A stretch of 45,504 bases of DNA from Opitutus sp. GAS368 (GTDB taxonomy: Bacteria; Verrucomicrobiota; Verrucomicrobiia; Opitutales; UBA953), in NCBI GenBank assembly GCA_945906115.1, contig CAMDQP010000001.1, positions 1-45,504 of the forward strand, given 5' to 3'. Each line of letters begins with the position of its first letter. Within the stretch, counting starts at the first letter, position 1. The notes below the pieces were generated by a model that searched no databases, was not told where the DNA came from, and worked only from the letters and a program-made list of their open reading frames with translations. Position numbers and translations under genes: made by a program. Positions 37,362 to 45,504 of this stretch are shown in pieces.

Positions 37362-38738
37362 ATGTCCGTAAAAGTAGGCCTCGTCTCCCTTGGCTGCGCC
37401 AAGAACCTCATCGATTCCGAGATCATGATTGGTCACCTCGCTAAGGCCGGCATGTCCATGACCGCCGATGCCTCGGAAGCCGACGTGGTGATCGTCAACA
37501 CCTGCTCCTTCATCGACGCCTCGAAGCACGAGGCCCTCGAAGCCATCTATGAGATGAGCGACGGCAAGGCCACCGCCCGCAAGAAAGGCCAGAAGCTCAT
37601 CGTCGCCGGGTGCATGTCCCAGCGCTACCAAGGGGCCCTGCCCGTCGTCGAAGGTGCCAAGGGCCGCGTCGAACTACCGAAGGTCGACGCGTTTATCGGC
37701 CTCGACCAGGTCACGAACATCGTCCCGGTCATTCATAAGGTCATGGGCGGCGAAGCCGGCATGACCGAGTTTCTCTCCAAGACGACGACCTTCATCCCGG
37801 ATTTCGACACCCCTCGCTTCCGCCTGACGCCACGCCATTCGGCCTACATCAAAATCGCCGAAGGCTGTAACCACCCCTGCACGTTCTGCATCATCCCGCG
37901 CATCCGCGGACGCCATCGCAGCCGCACGGTCGAATCCGTGGTCAAGGAAGCCCGTCAGCTCGTGGCCGAAGGCGTGAAGGAGATGAACTTGATCTCTCAG
38001 GACACGACCTACTTCGGCATGGACCGCTGGACCGAAGCCCGCCCCAACCCGCGCAGCAAGGTGGATTCCTCCAAAGGCGAATCGCTCGCCTCCCTCCTCC
38101 GCGAGCTCGACCAGATCGAAGGCGATTTCTGGATTCGCCTGTTGTACACGCACCCGGCCCACTGGAGCGACGAGCTCATTGAGACCATCGGCCAGTCCAA
38201 GCATGTCGTCCGCTACGTCGACATCCCCCTCCAGCACGTCTCCGACAAGATGCTCGGCGCGATGCAGCGTGAGACCGATGGCGCCTATATCCGCGACCTG
38301 ATCGCCCGCATGCGTGCAGGCATCCCGGATCTCGTCATCCGCACCACCTTCATCGTCGGCTTCCCCGGCGAGACCGAAGAAGATTTCACCGAACTGCTCG
38401 CCTTCCTCGAACAGACCAAGTTCGACCGCGTGGGCGTATTCAAGTACTCAAAGGAAGAAGGCACCAAGGGCGCCAAGATGGAAGGCCACCTCTCCGACGA
38501 GGTGAAAGCCGATCGCTACGCCCGCGCCATGCTCCTCCTCCAGCGTCTTTCCAAGCAACGCGGCGAAGCCTTCGTGGGCCGCAAGCTCCGCGTCCTCGTC
38601 GAAAGCCCGGGCATCGCCCGCAGCGTCGGCGATGCCATGGAGATTGACGGTATCGTCAAGGTGTCGAAGAAACTCCCGATCGGCGAGTTTGCTGAGGTGA
38701 CCGTCACCGGCGCCGAGGAATACGACCTAATCGCGTAG
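37362..38738 (+). CDS. rimO: Ribosomal protein S12 methylthiotransferase
   Basis: SLGCAKNLIDSE, NTCSFI, GC..QRY, KIAEGCNHPCTFC (radical SAM), YVDIPLQH, RTTFIVGFPGET, EIDG, YDL. Confidence 0.96.
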   Translation: MSVKVGLVSLGCAKNLIDSEIMIGHLAKAGMSMTADASEADVVIVNTCSFIDASKHEALEAIYEMSDGKATARKKGQKLIVAGCMSQRYQGALPVVEGAKGRVELPKVDAFIGLDQVTNIVPVIHKVMGGEAGMTEFLSKTTTFIPDFDTPRFRLTPRHSAYIKIAEGCNHPCTFCIIPRIRGRHRSRTVESVVKEARQLVAEGVKEMNLISQDTTYFGMDRWTEARPNPRSKVDSSKGESLASLLRELDQIEGDFWIRLLYTHPAHWSDELIETIGQSKHVVRYVDIPLQHVSDKMLGAMQRETDGAYIRDLIARMRAGIPDLVIRTTFIVGFPGETEEDFTELLAFLEQTKFDRVGVFKYSKEEGTKGAKMEGHLSDEVKADRYARAMLLLQRLSKQRGEAFVGRKLRVLVESPGIARSVGDAMEIDGIVKVSKKLPIGEFAEVTVTGAEEYDLIA

Positions 38739-38741
38739 TGA

Positions 38742-41261
38742 TTAGCCTTCGGCGTCGCGCTCCGGAGCCGCTTCCGCCGAAGCCGACGCGGCCGGCGAAT
38801 CGCTGAGGCGGATAAGGGCGTCCAACGACGTGAAATGGCGCGTCCAGTCCGTCATGTCCGGGATATCCCCGACAACCGTGGAGAACAGTTCGCGCTTCTC
38901 CTGCTTGAGTTCTTCAATGCGCTCCTCGACCGTGCCTGGGGCGATCATGCGGTAAATGAGTACCGGGTTCTTCTGACCGATGCGGTGGACCCGATCGACG
39001 GCTTGGGCTTCGACGGCGGGATTCCACCAAGGATCCATTAGGAAGACGTACTCGGCGGTATTGAGCGTGATGCCCGTGCCGCCGGCCTTCAGCGAGGCGA
39101 GGAACAAGGCTGGTCCCTTGGTCTCCTTGAACTGCTCGACCGGCGCTGAACGATCCTTGGTCTCGCCGGTCAGCTCGTAGATCGGCAACGACGGCAGATC
39201 ACGGGCGAGCGCGGATTTCACGCGCTCGATGAGCGAGACGAACTGGGAGAAGACGACCGCCTTGGAGCCGTTGGCTGCGATTTCGGAAAGTTTAGAGACC
39301 AGTAAGGTGACCTTGCCCGAGTGGGCCGACGGGCAATGCGAATTCTCGGGCAGCAGACCGGGGTCGCAACAGACCTGACGGAGACGCATGAGGAGCGTGA
39401 GTACCGAGGTCGCATCCTTCGACAGCAACGAGGCGAGTTCGCCCGATAGGCCGCTACCCTGCGTGAGATGCTGGTAGAGCGCACGTTGTTCGTGGGTGAG
39501 CGGGCAAGGCAGCACGACCTCCATTTTCGGCGGGATGTCCGCGGCGACATGACGTTTCAGACGACGCAGAATGAAAGGCGAAACCTGGCGACGAACCTTG
39601 CCGAGGGCAATCGAAGGATCGCGCAGCATCATGCGTTCGAAATTGGCACGCTTACCAAGCAAGCCGGGCATCAAGAAGCGGAAGATTGTCCACAGGTCGG
39701 TCGGGCGGTTCTCCAGCGGGGTGCCGGTGATCGCGATGCGATGATCCGCCTGCAACGAGACGCAGGTCTGCGTCGTCTTGGACTCCGGGTTTTTGATCGC
39801 CTGGGCTTCGTCGAGTACCGCGTAACCAAACCGGGTCTTGGCCAGCAGGTCAGCATGGCGACGCAGCTGGGTATAGCTAGAGATCCAAAGCTTGGCTGAA
39901 GGATTCGTGACGAAGTCGTCGTCGGCCGTGAGCACGGCCACCCCGGCGCTCATCTCCGGATGGAAGCGCTTGATCTCACCGAGCCAGACGGGGATGACGC
40001 TGGCGGGGCAGACGATGAGGGACCGCTCACCGATGGGGCGCGAAGCGAGCAAGGCGAGCACCTGGACGGTCTTGCCGAGGCCCATCTCGTCGGCGAGCAA
40101 CGGATGGGAGCCCAGCTCGCAGAGACGACCCAGCCAGGCGACGCCCTTGGCCTGATAAGGACGGAGGTGGGCGGGGAGACTAGCGGGCGGCATCGGCTCT
40201 TGGAGGAGCTTATCCTTCCAAGCTTTGAGGTCGTCGTTGAGCTTCAGGGCGCCGACGGCGGCGTGATCGAACAGCGAAAGCAAAAGGTAGCGGGGTACTT
40301 CGCCGTCCTTGGCCCGCCAGTCTTCGGAGAAATCTGCGACCGCGGCGTTGTAGGCGACGACACCCTTACCGGGCAGGATGACCGGGCGGCCACCGGCTTT
40401 GAGGAGCAGCTTCTGTTCATCGGCCAGGAGGCGATGCCCGCCAGCCTTGAGGCGCCAGTTCAGCTTGAAGGATCTTCCGTCGGCGGCGGATTCGGCTTCG
40501 GCGTCGACGGCGACCTGAAGTTGTTCGTTCCGGAAGATATTGAGGGCGTCCTCCCCGATGAGCTTGAATCGCTTGCGCCAGTCGTTGAGTTCCTCGCGCA
40601 CGAACCGTTCGATTCGGCCGATATTATCAATGGCCCAGGCGCCAGTGGCCTTGCTGTAGACGAAGCCCGCCCGGTGCGCGACGGTGTTGAAACGGAAAAG
40701 GGTCTGACGCTGCTCGTCGGAAAGCTCGTCTCCTGGGATGGCCCCAGGGCCGAAGCAATTCCAGGCATGGCCACCCCGCCCTGCCCAGGCGGCGGAAATC
40801 TTCAGTCCGTCGGAAGACAGGTCGAAGGAGACCTGCAGCTTCAGCGAAGTGCGGGCGTTGGGATCCTTGCGTTCGGGCTCCTTGGGCGCCTCGGGGGCGG
40901 CCGCGGCGGCGGACTCGTCGACGGCCGGGATCTCGTCGGCAATGAGCTCTTCAATCTCATAAATGGAAGCGACGGCGAACGGCGCGCCGTTCTCTTCTTC
41001 GGGCAAGGAGGTGCGCCATTCCAATTTGGCTCCATTAATTTCAATCACCGCCCGGACGGTCTGCGTCTCGGTGCGCGTGACGGCTTCGGCGTTTTCTGGC
41101 TTGAGTTCGATTTGTCTGACCAATCCTTCCGTATAAAGCCTGCGACCTTCAATGAGGTCAGCCTCCTTAAAGGCGGACTCCCACTCTTCCGGAAGAGACA
41201 CAAACCACCTCTCCAGGGCTTCCGTGGAGTAGGAGCGATTGGCCGGACGTGGGGACGACAT
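38742..41261 (-). CDS. SNF2-family helicase/ATPase
   Basis: LRPYQ, LADEMGLGKT, DEAQ, TGTPLEN, FSQF, SLKAGGTG, DPWWNPAVE.QAVDRVHRIGQ. Confidence 0.94.
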   Translation of the reverse strand: MSSPRPANRSYSTEALERWFVSLPEEWESAFKEADLIEGRRLYTEGLVRQIELKPENAEAVTRTETQTVRAVIEINGAKLEWRTSLPEEENGAPFAVASIYEIEELIADEIPAVDESAAAAAPEAPKEPERKDPNARTSLKLQVSFDLSSDGLKISAAWAGRGGHAWNCFGPGAIPGDELSDEQRQTLFRFNTVAHRAGFVYSKATGAWAIDNIGRIERFVREELNDWRKRFKLIGEDALNIFRNEQLQVAVDAEAESAADGRSFKLNWRLKAGGHRLLADEQKLLLKAGGRPVILPGKGVVAYNAAVADFSEDWRAKDGEVPRYLLLSLFDHAAVGALKLNDDLKAWKDKLLQEPMPPASLPAHLRPYQAKGVAWLGRLCELGSHPLLADEMGLGKTVQVLALLASRPIGERSLIVCPASVIPVWLGEIKRFHPEMSAGVAVLTADDDFVTNPSAKLWISSYTQLRRHADLLAKTRFGYAVLDEAQAIKNPESKTTQTCVSLQADHRIAITGTPLENRPTDLWTIFRFLMPGLLGKRANFERMMLRDPSIALGKVRRQVSPFILRRLKRHVAADIPPKMEVVLPCPLTHEQRALYQHLTQGSGLSGELASLLSKDATSVLTLLMRLRQVCCDPGLLPENSHCPSAHSGKVTLLVSKLSEIAANGSKAVVFSQFVSLIERVKSALARDLPSLPIYELTGETKDRSAPVEQFKETKGPALFLASLKAGGTGITLNTAEYVFLMDPWWNPAVEAQAVDRVHRIGQKNPVLIYRMIAPGTVEERIEELKQEKRELFSTVVGDIPDMTDWTRHFTSLDALIRLSDSPAASASAEAAPERDAEG

Positions 41262-41272
41262 CGACAGCCCGA

Positions 41273-41301
41273 ATTAAACCTGCCCTGTTTTCCTGTTACA
41301 A
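41273..41301 (-). promoter_or_regulatory. Putative promoter of the SNF2 gene
   Basis: TTGTAA-17-TTTAAT, 11 nt before the ATG on the minus strand. Confidence 0.45.
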
Positions 41302-41413
41302 CCCCCAAACTCTACCAATTTTGGGCACGGTCTGGTCTGGTTTCGACTGGGTCTTGGCTTGTGATGCACGGGTCCAATCGTCTAGGGTTTACTCTCCTTT
41401 TACAGGCAAAGAA

Positions 41414-44137
41414 ATGAAACATCTTAGCGTCGGTAGCCGCTGGAACGCGGATCTCGTATCATCTTATCACGAACAGTGGTCCAAGGACCCTTCTTCCGTG
41501 GACGCGGAATGGCGCGCCTTCTTCGAGGGCTTCGAGCTCGGCATGAGCCTGCCGCCCAAGCCCGCCAAAGGCGCCGCTCCCGCCGCCGGTGGCGTCGACG
41601 CCGTCGCCCAATGGAAGGTCCTCGCCGCCATCAACGCTTACCGGACACTCGGCCATCAGCAGGCCCGCATCAACCCTCTCGCCGAACCGACGCCCCACTT
41701 CGAACTCTCCGACAAGGCCCTCGGCCTCGACGGCATCCCGGCCGACCGAGTCTTCCACACCGGCGATTTCCTCGGCGGCAAGATGCTCCCCCTGGGGGAA
41801 ATCGTCGCGAAGCTGAAGTCCACCTACTGTTCCCCAATCGGCGTCGAGTACACCCATATCCAAGACGGCGAGCGCCGCCGCTGGCTCCAGGATCGCATCG
41901 AGTCCTACGGGCTCCGGCCGACCTATGACGCCGCCGCTCGTCGTCGCTTCCTCCGCTCGATCGTCCAGGCTGAACAGCTCGAACGCTTCCTTCACAAGAC
42001 TTTCGTCGGCGCTAAGCGCTTCTCCGTCGAAGGAGGCGAAGTCTTGCTGTCCGCGCTCGATCAGGTCATTCACCGCGCCCCGAGCTTCGGCGTGACAGAT
42101 CTCGTCATCGGCATGGCCCACCGCGGTCGCCTTAACGTCCTTGTCAACATCTGCGGCAAGAAGGCCGAGGCCCTCTTCGCCGGCTTCTCCGAAAACCACA
42201 TCCCAGATACCACGCATGGCGATGGCGACGTGAAATACCACCTCGGCTATGCGGGCGCCCGCGTCGTCGACGGCAAGGAAGTCAGCATCACCCTCGCCTA
42301 TAACCCCAGCCACCTCGAAGCCGTCAATCCCGTCGTGCTCGGCCGCACCCGCGCGCTCATCGACGTACAGGGCGGCGCTGATCGCTCGAAAGCCCTACCC
42401 ATCCTCCTGCACGGCGATTCTGCCTTCGCCGGCCAAGGCGTCGTGATGGAGACGCTCAATCTGGCCGAGCTTAAAGGCTACCAGGTCGGCGGCACGCTCC
42501 ACCTCGTCACCAACAATCAAGTTGGCTTCACGGCCAACCCCGACGAGTACAGCTCTGGCCGTCATTGCACTGAGATCGCCAAGTTCACCGAATCTCCGAT
42601 CCTCCACGCCAACGGCGACGACCCTGATGCCGTCGTCCTCGCGACTGAAATCGCCTTGGAATATCGCCAGAAGTTCGGCGCCGATGCCGTCGTCGATATC
42701 GTCTGCTACCGCCGCTACGGCCACAACGAGACCGACGAACCCGCCTTCACCCAGCCGGTGCTCTATCGCGAGATTTCGGCCCACTCTTCCGTCGCTGACC
42801 TCTACGCTTCACGTCTGACCGAATCCGGTTCCGCGCCAGACGGCGAACTGATCGCGCTGCGTAACGAGTTCGACATCATGCTCAACGCCGCTCAAGAGCG
42901 CGCCCAAGCCGCCGTCGCCGTTGAAATTGAGGAACGTAAAAAGAACCCCGTCGGCGTCCGTCCGTTCCGCTCCCCTTACGAACATAACGTCGACACCTCC
43001 ATCCCGCAGGAACTCTTGGATAAAGTAGCGCCAGTGCTCTGGCAGATGCCGCCCGACTTCTCCCCGAACCCGAAGATCAAGCGCATGCTCGACACGAAGG
43101 CCGACGCCTACAAGTCCGGCCTCAACTTCGATTGGAGTCTCGGCGAAGGCCTCGCCTTCGCTTCGCTGCTTGCGGAGGGCTATCCTGTCCGCATCTCGGG
43201 CCAGGATTGCGAACGCGGGACCTTCTCGCACCGCCACGCTGTACTTCACGACCCTTCGAACGACGCCAAATACTGCCCGCTCGGCTCCATCGCCGGAGCC
43301 GAAATCGAACTGGTTAACTCCTCGCTCTCTGAATACGCCGTCCTTGGCTTCGACTACGGCTACTCGCTCGAAGCCCCTGATTCGCTCGTTATCTGGGAAG
43401 CCCAATTCGGCGACTTCGCCAATGGCGCGCAGATCATGATCGACCAGTTTATCGCGTCGGCCGAGTCCAAGTGGGGTCAGACGAGCGGCCTCGTGATGCT
43501 CCTCCCCCATGGCTACGAAGGTCAGGGACCAGAACACTCCTCTGCGCGCCTCGAACGCTTCCTGCAGCTCAGCGCCGAAAACAACCTGCAGGTGATCCAA
43601 CCGTCGACCCCAGCCCAACTCTTCCACGCGTTACGTCGTCAGGTTAAGTCCGAATACCGCAAGCCGCTCGTGGTCATGACGCCGAAAAGCCTACTCCGCC
43701 ATAAGAGCTGCGTCAGCGTCCTGAATGATTTCACCAAGGGCCGCTTTCATTCGGTGCTCACCGATGCCACCCCCGCCGCGAAGACGGAACGTCTCATCCT
43801 TTGCTCCGGCAAAGTCTTCTACGAACTCGACGCCGAACGCGCCGCTCGCAAGGACACGGCCACGAGCATCGTGCGCATCGAACAGTTCTATCCTTTCGAC
43901 GGCGAAACGCTCGCCAAGGTCCACGCCACGCTGGGTTCGCCCAAGAAGGTCGTCTGGGTCCAGGACGAACCCAGGAACATGGGCGGCTGGTCCTTCGTCG
44001 CCGACCAGATTGAGTCCAGCCTCGGCCTCCGTCCCACTTATGCCGGTCGCGATGCGGCGGCCTCCCCGGCGGTAGGATCGCTGTCGGTCCACAAGATCGA
44101 GCAGGCCGACATGCTGAAGCAGGCCTTTGGTGCCTAA
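41414..44137 (+). CDS. sucA: 2-oxoglutarate dehydrogenase E1
   Basis: KRFSVEG, GMAHRGRLN, GDVKYH, NPSHLE, HGDSAFAGQG..NNQVGF (ThDP motif), RRYGHNE, WEAQFGDF, PEHSSAR; start ATG 41414. Confidence 0.97.
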   Translation: MKHLSVGSRWNADLVSSYHEQWSKDPSSVDAEWRAFFEGFELGMSLPPKPAKGAAPAAGGVDAVAQWKVLAAINAYRTLGHQQARINPLAEPTPHFELSDKALGLDGIPADRVFHTGDFLGGKMLPLGEIVAKLKSTYCSPIGVEYTHIQDGERRRWLQDRIESYGLRPTYDAAARRRFLRSIVQAEQLERFLHKTFVGAKRFSVEGGEVLLSALDQVIHRAPSFGVTDLVIGMAHRGRLNVLVNICGKKAEALFAGFSENHIPDTTHGDGDVKYHLGYAGARVVDGKEVSITLAYNPSHLEAVNPVVLGRTRALIDVQGGADRSKALPILLHGDSAFAGQGVVMETLNLAELKGYQVGGTLHLVTNNQVGFTANPDEYSSGRHCTEIAKFTESPILHANGDDPDAVVLATEIALEYRQKFGADAVVDIVCYRRYGHNETDEPAFTQPVLYREISAHSSVADLYASRLTESGSAPDGELIALRNEFDIMLNAAQERAQAAVAVEIEERKKNPVGVRPFRSPYEHNVDTSIPQELLDKVAPVLWQMPPDFSPNPKIKRMLDTKADAYKSGLNFDWSLGEGLAFASLLAEGYPVRISGQDCERGTFSHRHAVLHDPSNDAKYCPLGSIAGAEIELVNSSLSEYAVLGFDYGYSLEAPDSLVIWEAQFGDFANGAQIMIDQFIASAESKWGQTSGLVMLLPHGYEGQGPEHSSARLERFLQLSAENNLQVIQPSTPAQLFHALRRQVKSEYRKPLVVMTPKSLLRHKSCVSVLNDFTKGRFHSVLTDATPAAKTERLILCSGKVFYELDAERAARKDTATSIVRIEQFYPFDGETLAKVHATLGSPKKVVWVQDEPRNMGGWSFVADQIESSLGLRPTYAGRDAAASPAVGSLSVHKIEQADMLKQAFGA

Positions 44138-44275
44138 TGGGTGACAGTAGCGGGATTTCTCGCGTCTGGAACCGCTCCTACTACCCCCTAAACGCCCATC
44201 CTAGGTCGTTCAAAGGGTCATTTCCCCGTTGAAACAGGCAGGAATGGGTTCCAAGGTTAAACCTACCTAATTTTC

Positions 44276-45504
44276 ATGGCCGTCGAAGTCAAAATCCCTC
44301 CCATGGGCGAATCTATCACCGGGGGCCTCCTGGCCGCCTGGATGGTCAAAAGCGGTGACGCTGTTCGCAAGGGCCAAGCCCTCTTTTCTTACGAAACCGA
44401 CAAGGTGACCTCCGAAGGTACCGCTGAAGTCGACGGCAAGATCACCCTCTCTGTCGAAGCCGGCACCGAAGTCCTTGTCGGCCAAGTTGTAGCCTCAATC
44501 GAGGCCGGTGCCGCCGGCAACGCTCCCCTCGCTCCGGTGCCTGTCGCCAAGGCCGCTGCCGTGGCTTCCGCCGCACCCGCACCCGCGCTGAAATCCGCAC
44601 CAGTCGCCGCCAAGTCCGGGGCCGCCGCCGAAGTTTCTCCTGCCGTCCGACGTCTCTCCGCCGAAACCGGCCTAAACCCTGCTGGCGTCGAAGGTTCTGG
44701 CAAAGCTGGCCGCGTCACCAAGGGCGACATGCTCGCCGCTCTCGCTGGTCAGGCTCCGATTCACGCCGTCGCTCTGGTCGCTCCGGCCGCCCCCTCTTCC
44801 GCCGCCGCACTCTCCGCTCCGGTCGCTGCAGTCCCCATCCCTTCGCGCGAAGGACGCACCACGCGTAAGCGCATGTCTCCGCTGCGTCGCAAAATCGCCG
44901 AACGCCTCGTGCAGGCCAAGACGGAGACCGCGATGCTCACGACCTTCAATGAGGTCAACATGGCTCCGGTCATGGAGCTCCGGAAACGCCACGGCGAAGA
45001 ATTCCTCAAGAAATACGGGGTCAAGCTCGGCTTTATGTCCTTCTTCGTGAAGGCCGCCGTCCAGGCGATGAAGGAAGTCCCCGCCATCAACGCGCAGCTC
45101 GACGGCGAAGACATCGTCGAAAATAACTTCTTCGACATCGGCGTGGCCGTCGGCACCGACAAGGGTCTGATGGTCCCGGTCGTCCGTGATTGCGACCAAC
45201 TCAACTTCGCCGGCATCGAGAAGGCGATCGGCGACTTCGGTAAGCGCGCCCGCGACGGTAAGATCCAGCTGCCCGAACTTCAGGGCGGCGTCTTCACGAT
45301 CTCCAACGGCGGCATCTATGGCTCGATGCTCTCGACGCCGATTCTCAACCACCCGCAGGCGGCCATCATGGGCCTCCACAATATCGTCGAACGTCCCGTC
45401 GCTGAAAACGGTCAAGTCGTGATCCGCCCGATCATGTACCTCGCCCTCTCTTACGACCACCGTATCGTCGACGGCAAGGAAGCCGTGACCTTCCTCGTCA
45501 AGGT
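44276..45504 (+). CDS. sucB: Dihydrolipoamide succinyltransferase E2 (runs off the 3' end of the window)
   Basis: Read directly: [15 protein letters not shown], lipoyl [18 protein letters not shown]3-binding domain, [24 protein letters not shown]; missing from the ORF track because there is no stop in the window. Confidence 0.96.
   Translation, partial: MAVEVKIPPMGESITGGLLAAWMVKSGDAVRKGQALFSYETDKVTSEGTAEVDGKITLSVEAGTEVLVGQVVASIEAGAAGNAPLAPVPVAKAAAVASAAPAPALKSAPVAAKSGAAAEVSPAVRRLSAETGLNPAGVEGSGKAGRVTKGDMLAALAGQAPIHAVALVAPAAPSSAAALSAPVAAVPIPSREGRTTRKRMSPLRRKIAERLVQAKTETAMLTTFNEVNMAPVMELRKRHGEEFLKKYGVKLGFMSFFVKAAVQAMKEVPAINAQLDGEDIVENNFFDIGVAVGTDKGLMVPVVRDCDQLNFAGIEKAIGDFGKRARDGKIQLPELQGGVFTISNGGIYGSMLSTPILNHPQAAIMGLHNIVERPVAENGQVVIRPIMYLALSYDHRIVDGKEAVTFLVK

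Noticed and set aside
33687..41261. MazG, DUF45 and SNF2 genes as an anti-phage defence island
   Set aside because: They are interspersed with core genes, show similar codon style, and have no mobility or restriction-modification genes nearby
39960..41417. 485-aa plus-strand ORF opposite the SNF2 gene
   Set aside because: Antisense shadow with no motif; crosses a promoter region
44500..44840. GCC/GCT/CCG-rich repetitive sequence in sucB
   Set aside because: Encodes the normal Ala/Pro-rich E2 linkers; not a DNA repeat element
1..45504. tRNA, rRNA, CRISPR array, IS elements, prophage
   Set aside because: All intergenic gaps are under 190 nt and show no cloverleaf, repeat-spacer pattern or terminal inverted repeats; no transposase, integrase or phage motifs seen by eye

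Overview
Gene-dense, GC-rich housekeeping region with about 40 CDSs on both strands and very short intergenic spacers. Taxonomy is inferred as Verrucomicrobiota, probably Opitutales: there is a Verrucomicrobia/Planctomycetes-restricted Minf_1886-type protein, and his/trp/pan/men genes are scattered rather than in operons. Recognisable genes: metG, menF-like, dtd, hisF, nadB, panE, hisC, mutS, a PIN-PhoH gene, ybaB-recR, ppk1, lpxK, panD, topB, acyP, tatA, ribE, mazG, trpC, rsmA, rimO, an SNF2 helicase, sucA and a truncated sucB. I saw no rRNA, tRNA, CRISPR array, transposase or integrase. Most notable observations: (1) a recurring TTGnnn box 34-37 nt upstream of the start codon of 15 genes, usually with a poor -10 and no Shine-Dalgarno, suggesting leaderless mRNAs from -35-dominated promoters; (2) an in-frame fusion of a HAD hydrolase with a DciA/DUF721-like domain; (3) a PilH/PilI/PilG-like ABC module with no pilin nearby; (4) a mazG-YgjP-like-NUDIX unit that may clean nucleotide pools; (5) several proteins lacking their usual metal-binding cysteines. 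All family calls come from motifs recognised by eye; no searches were run. Many start codons are corrected relative to the supplied ORF track.
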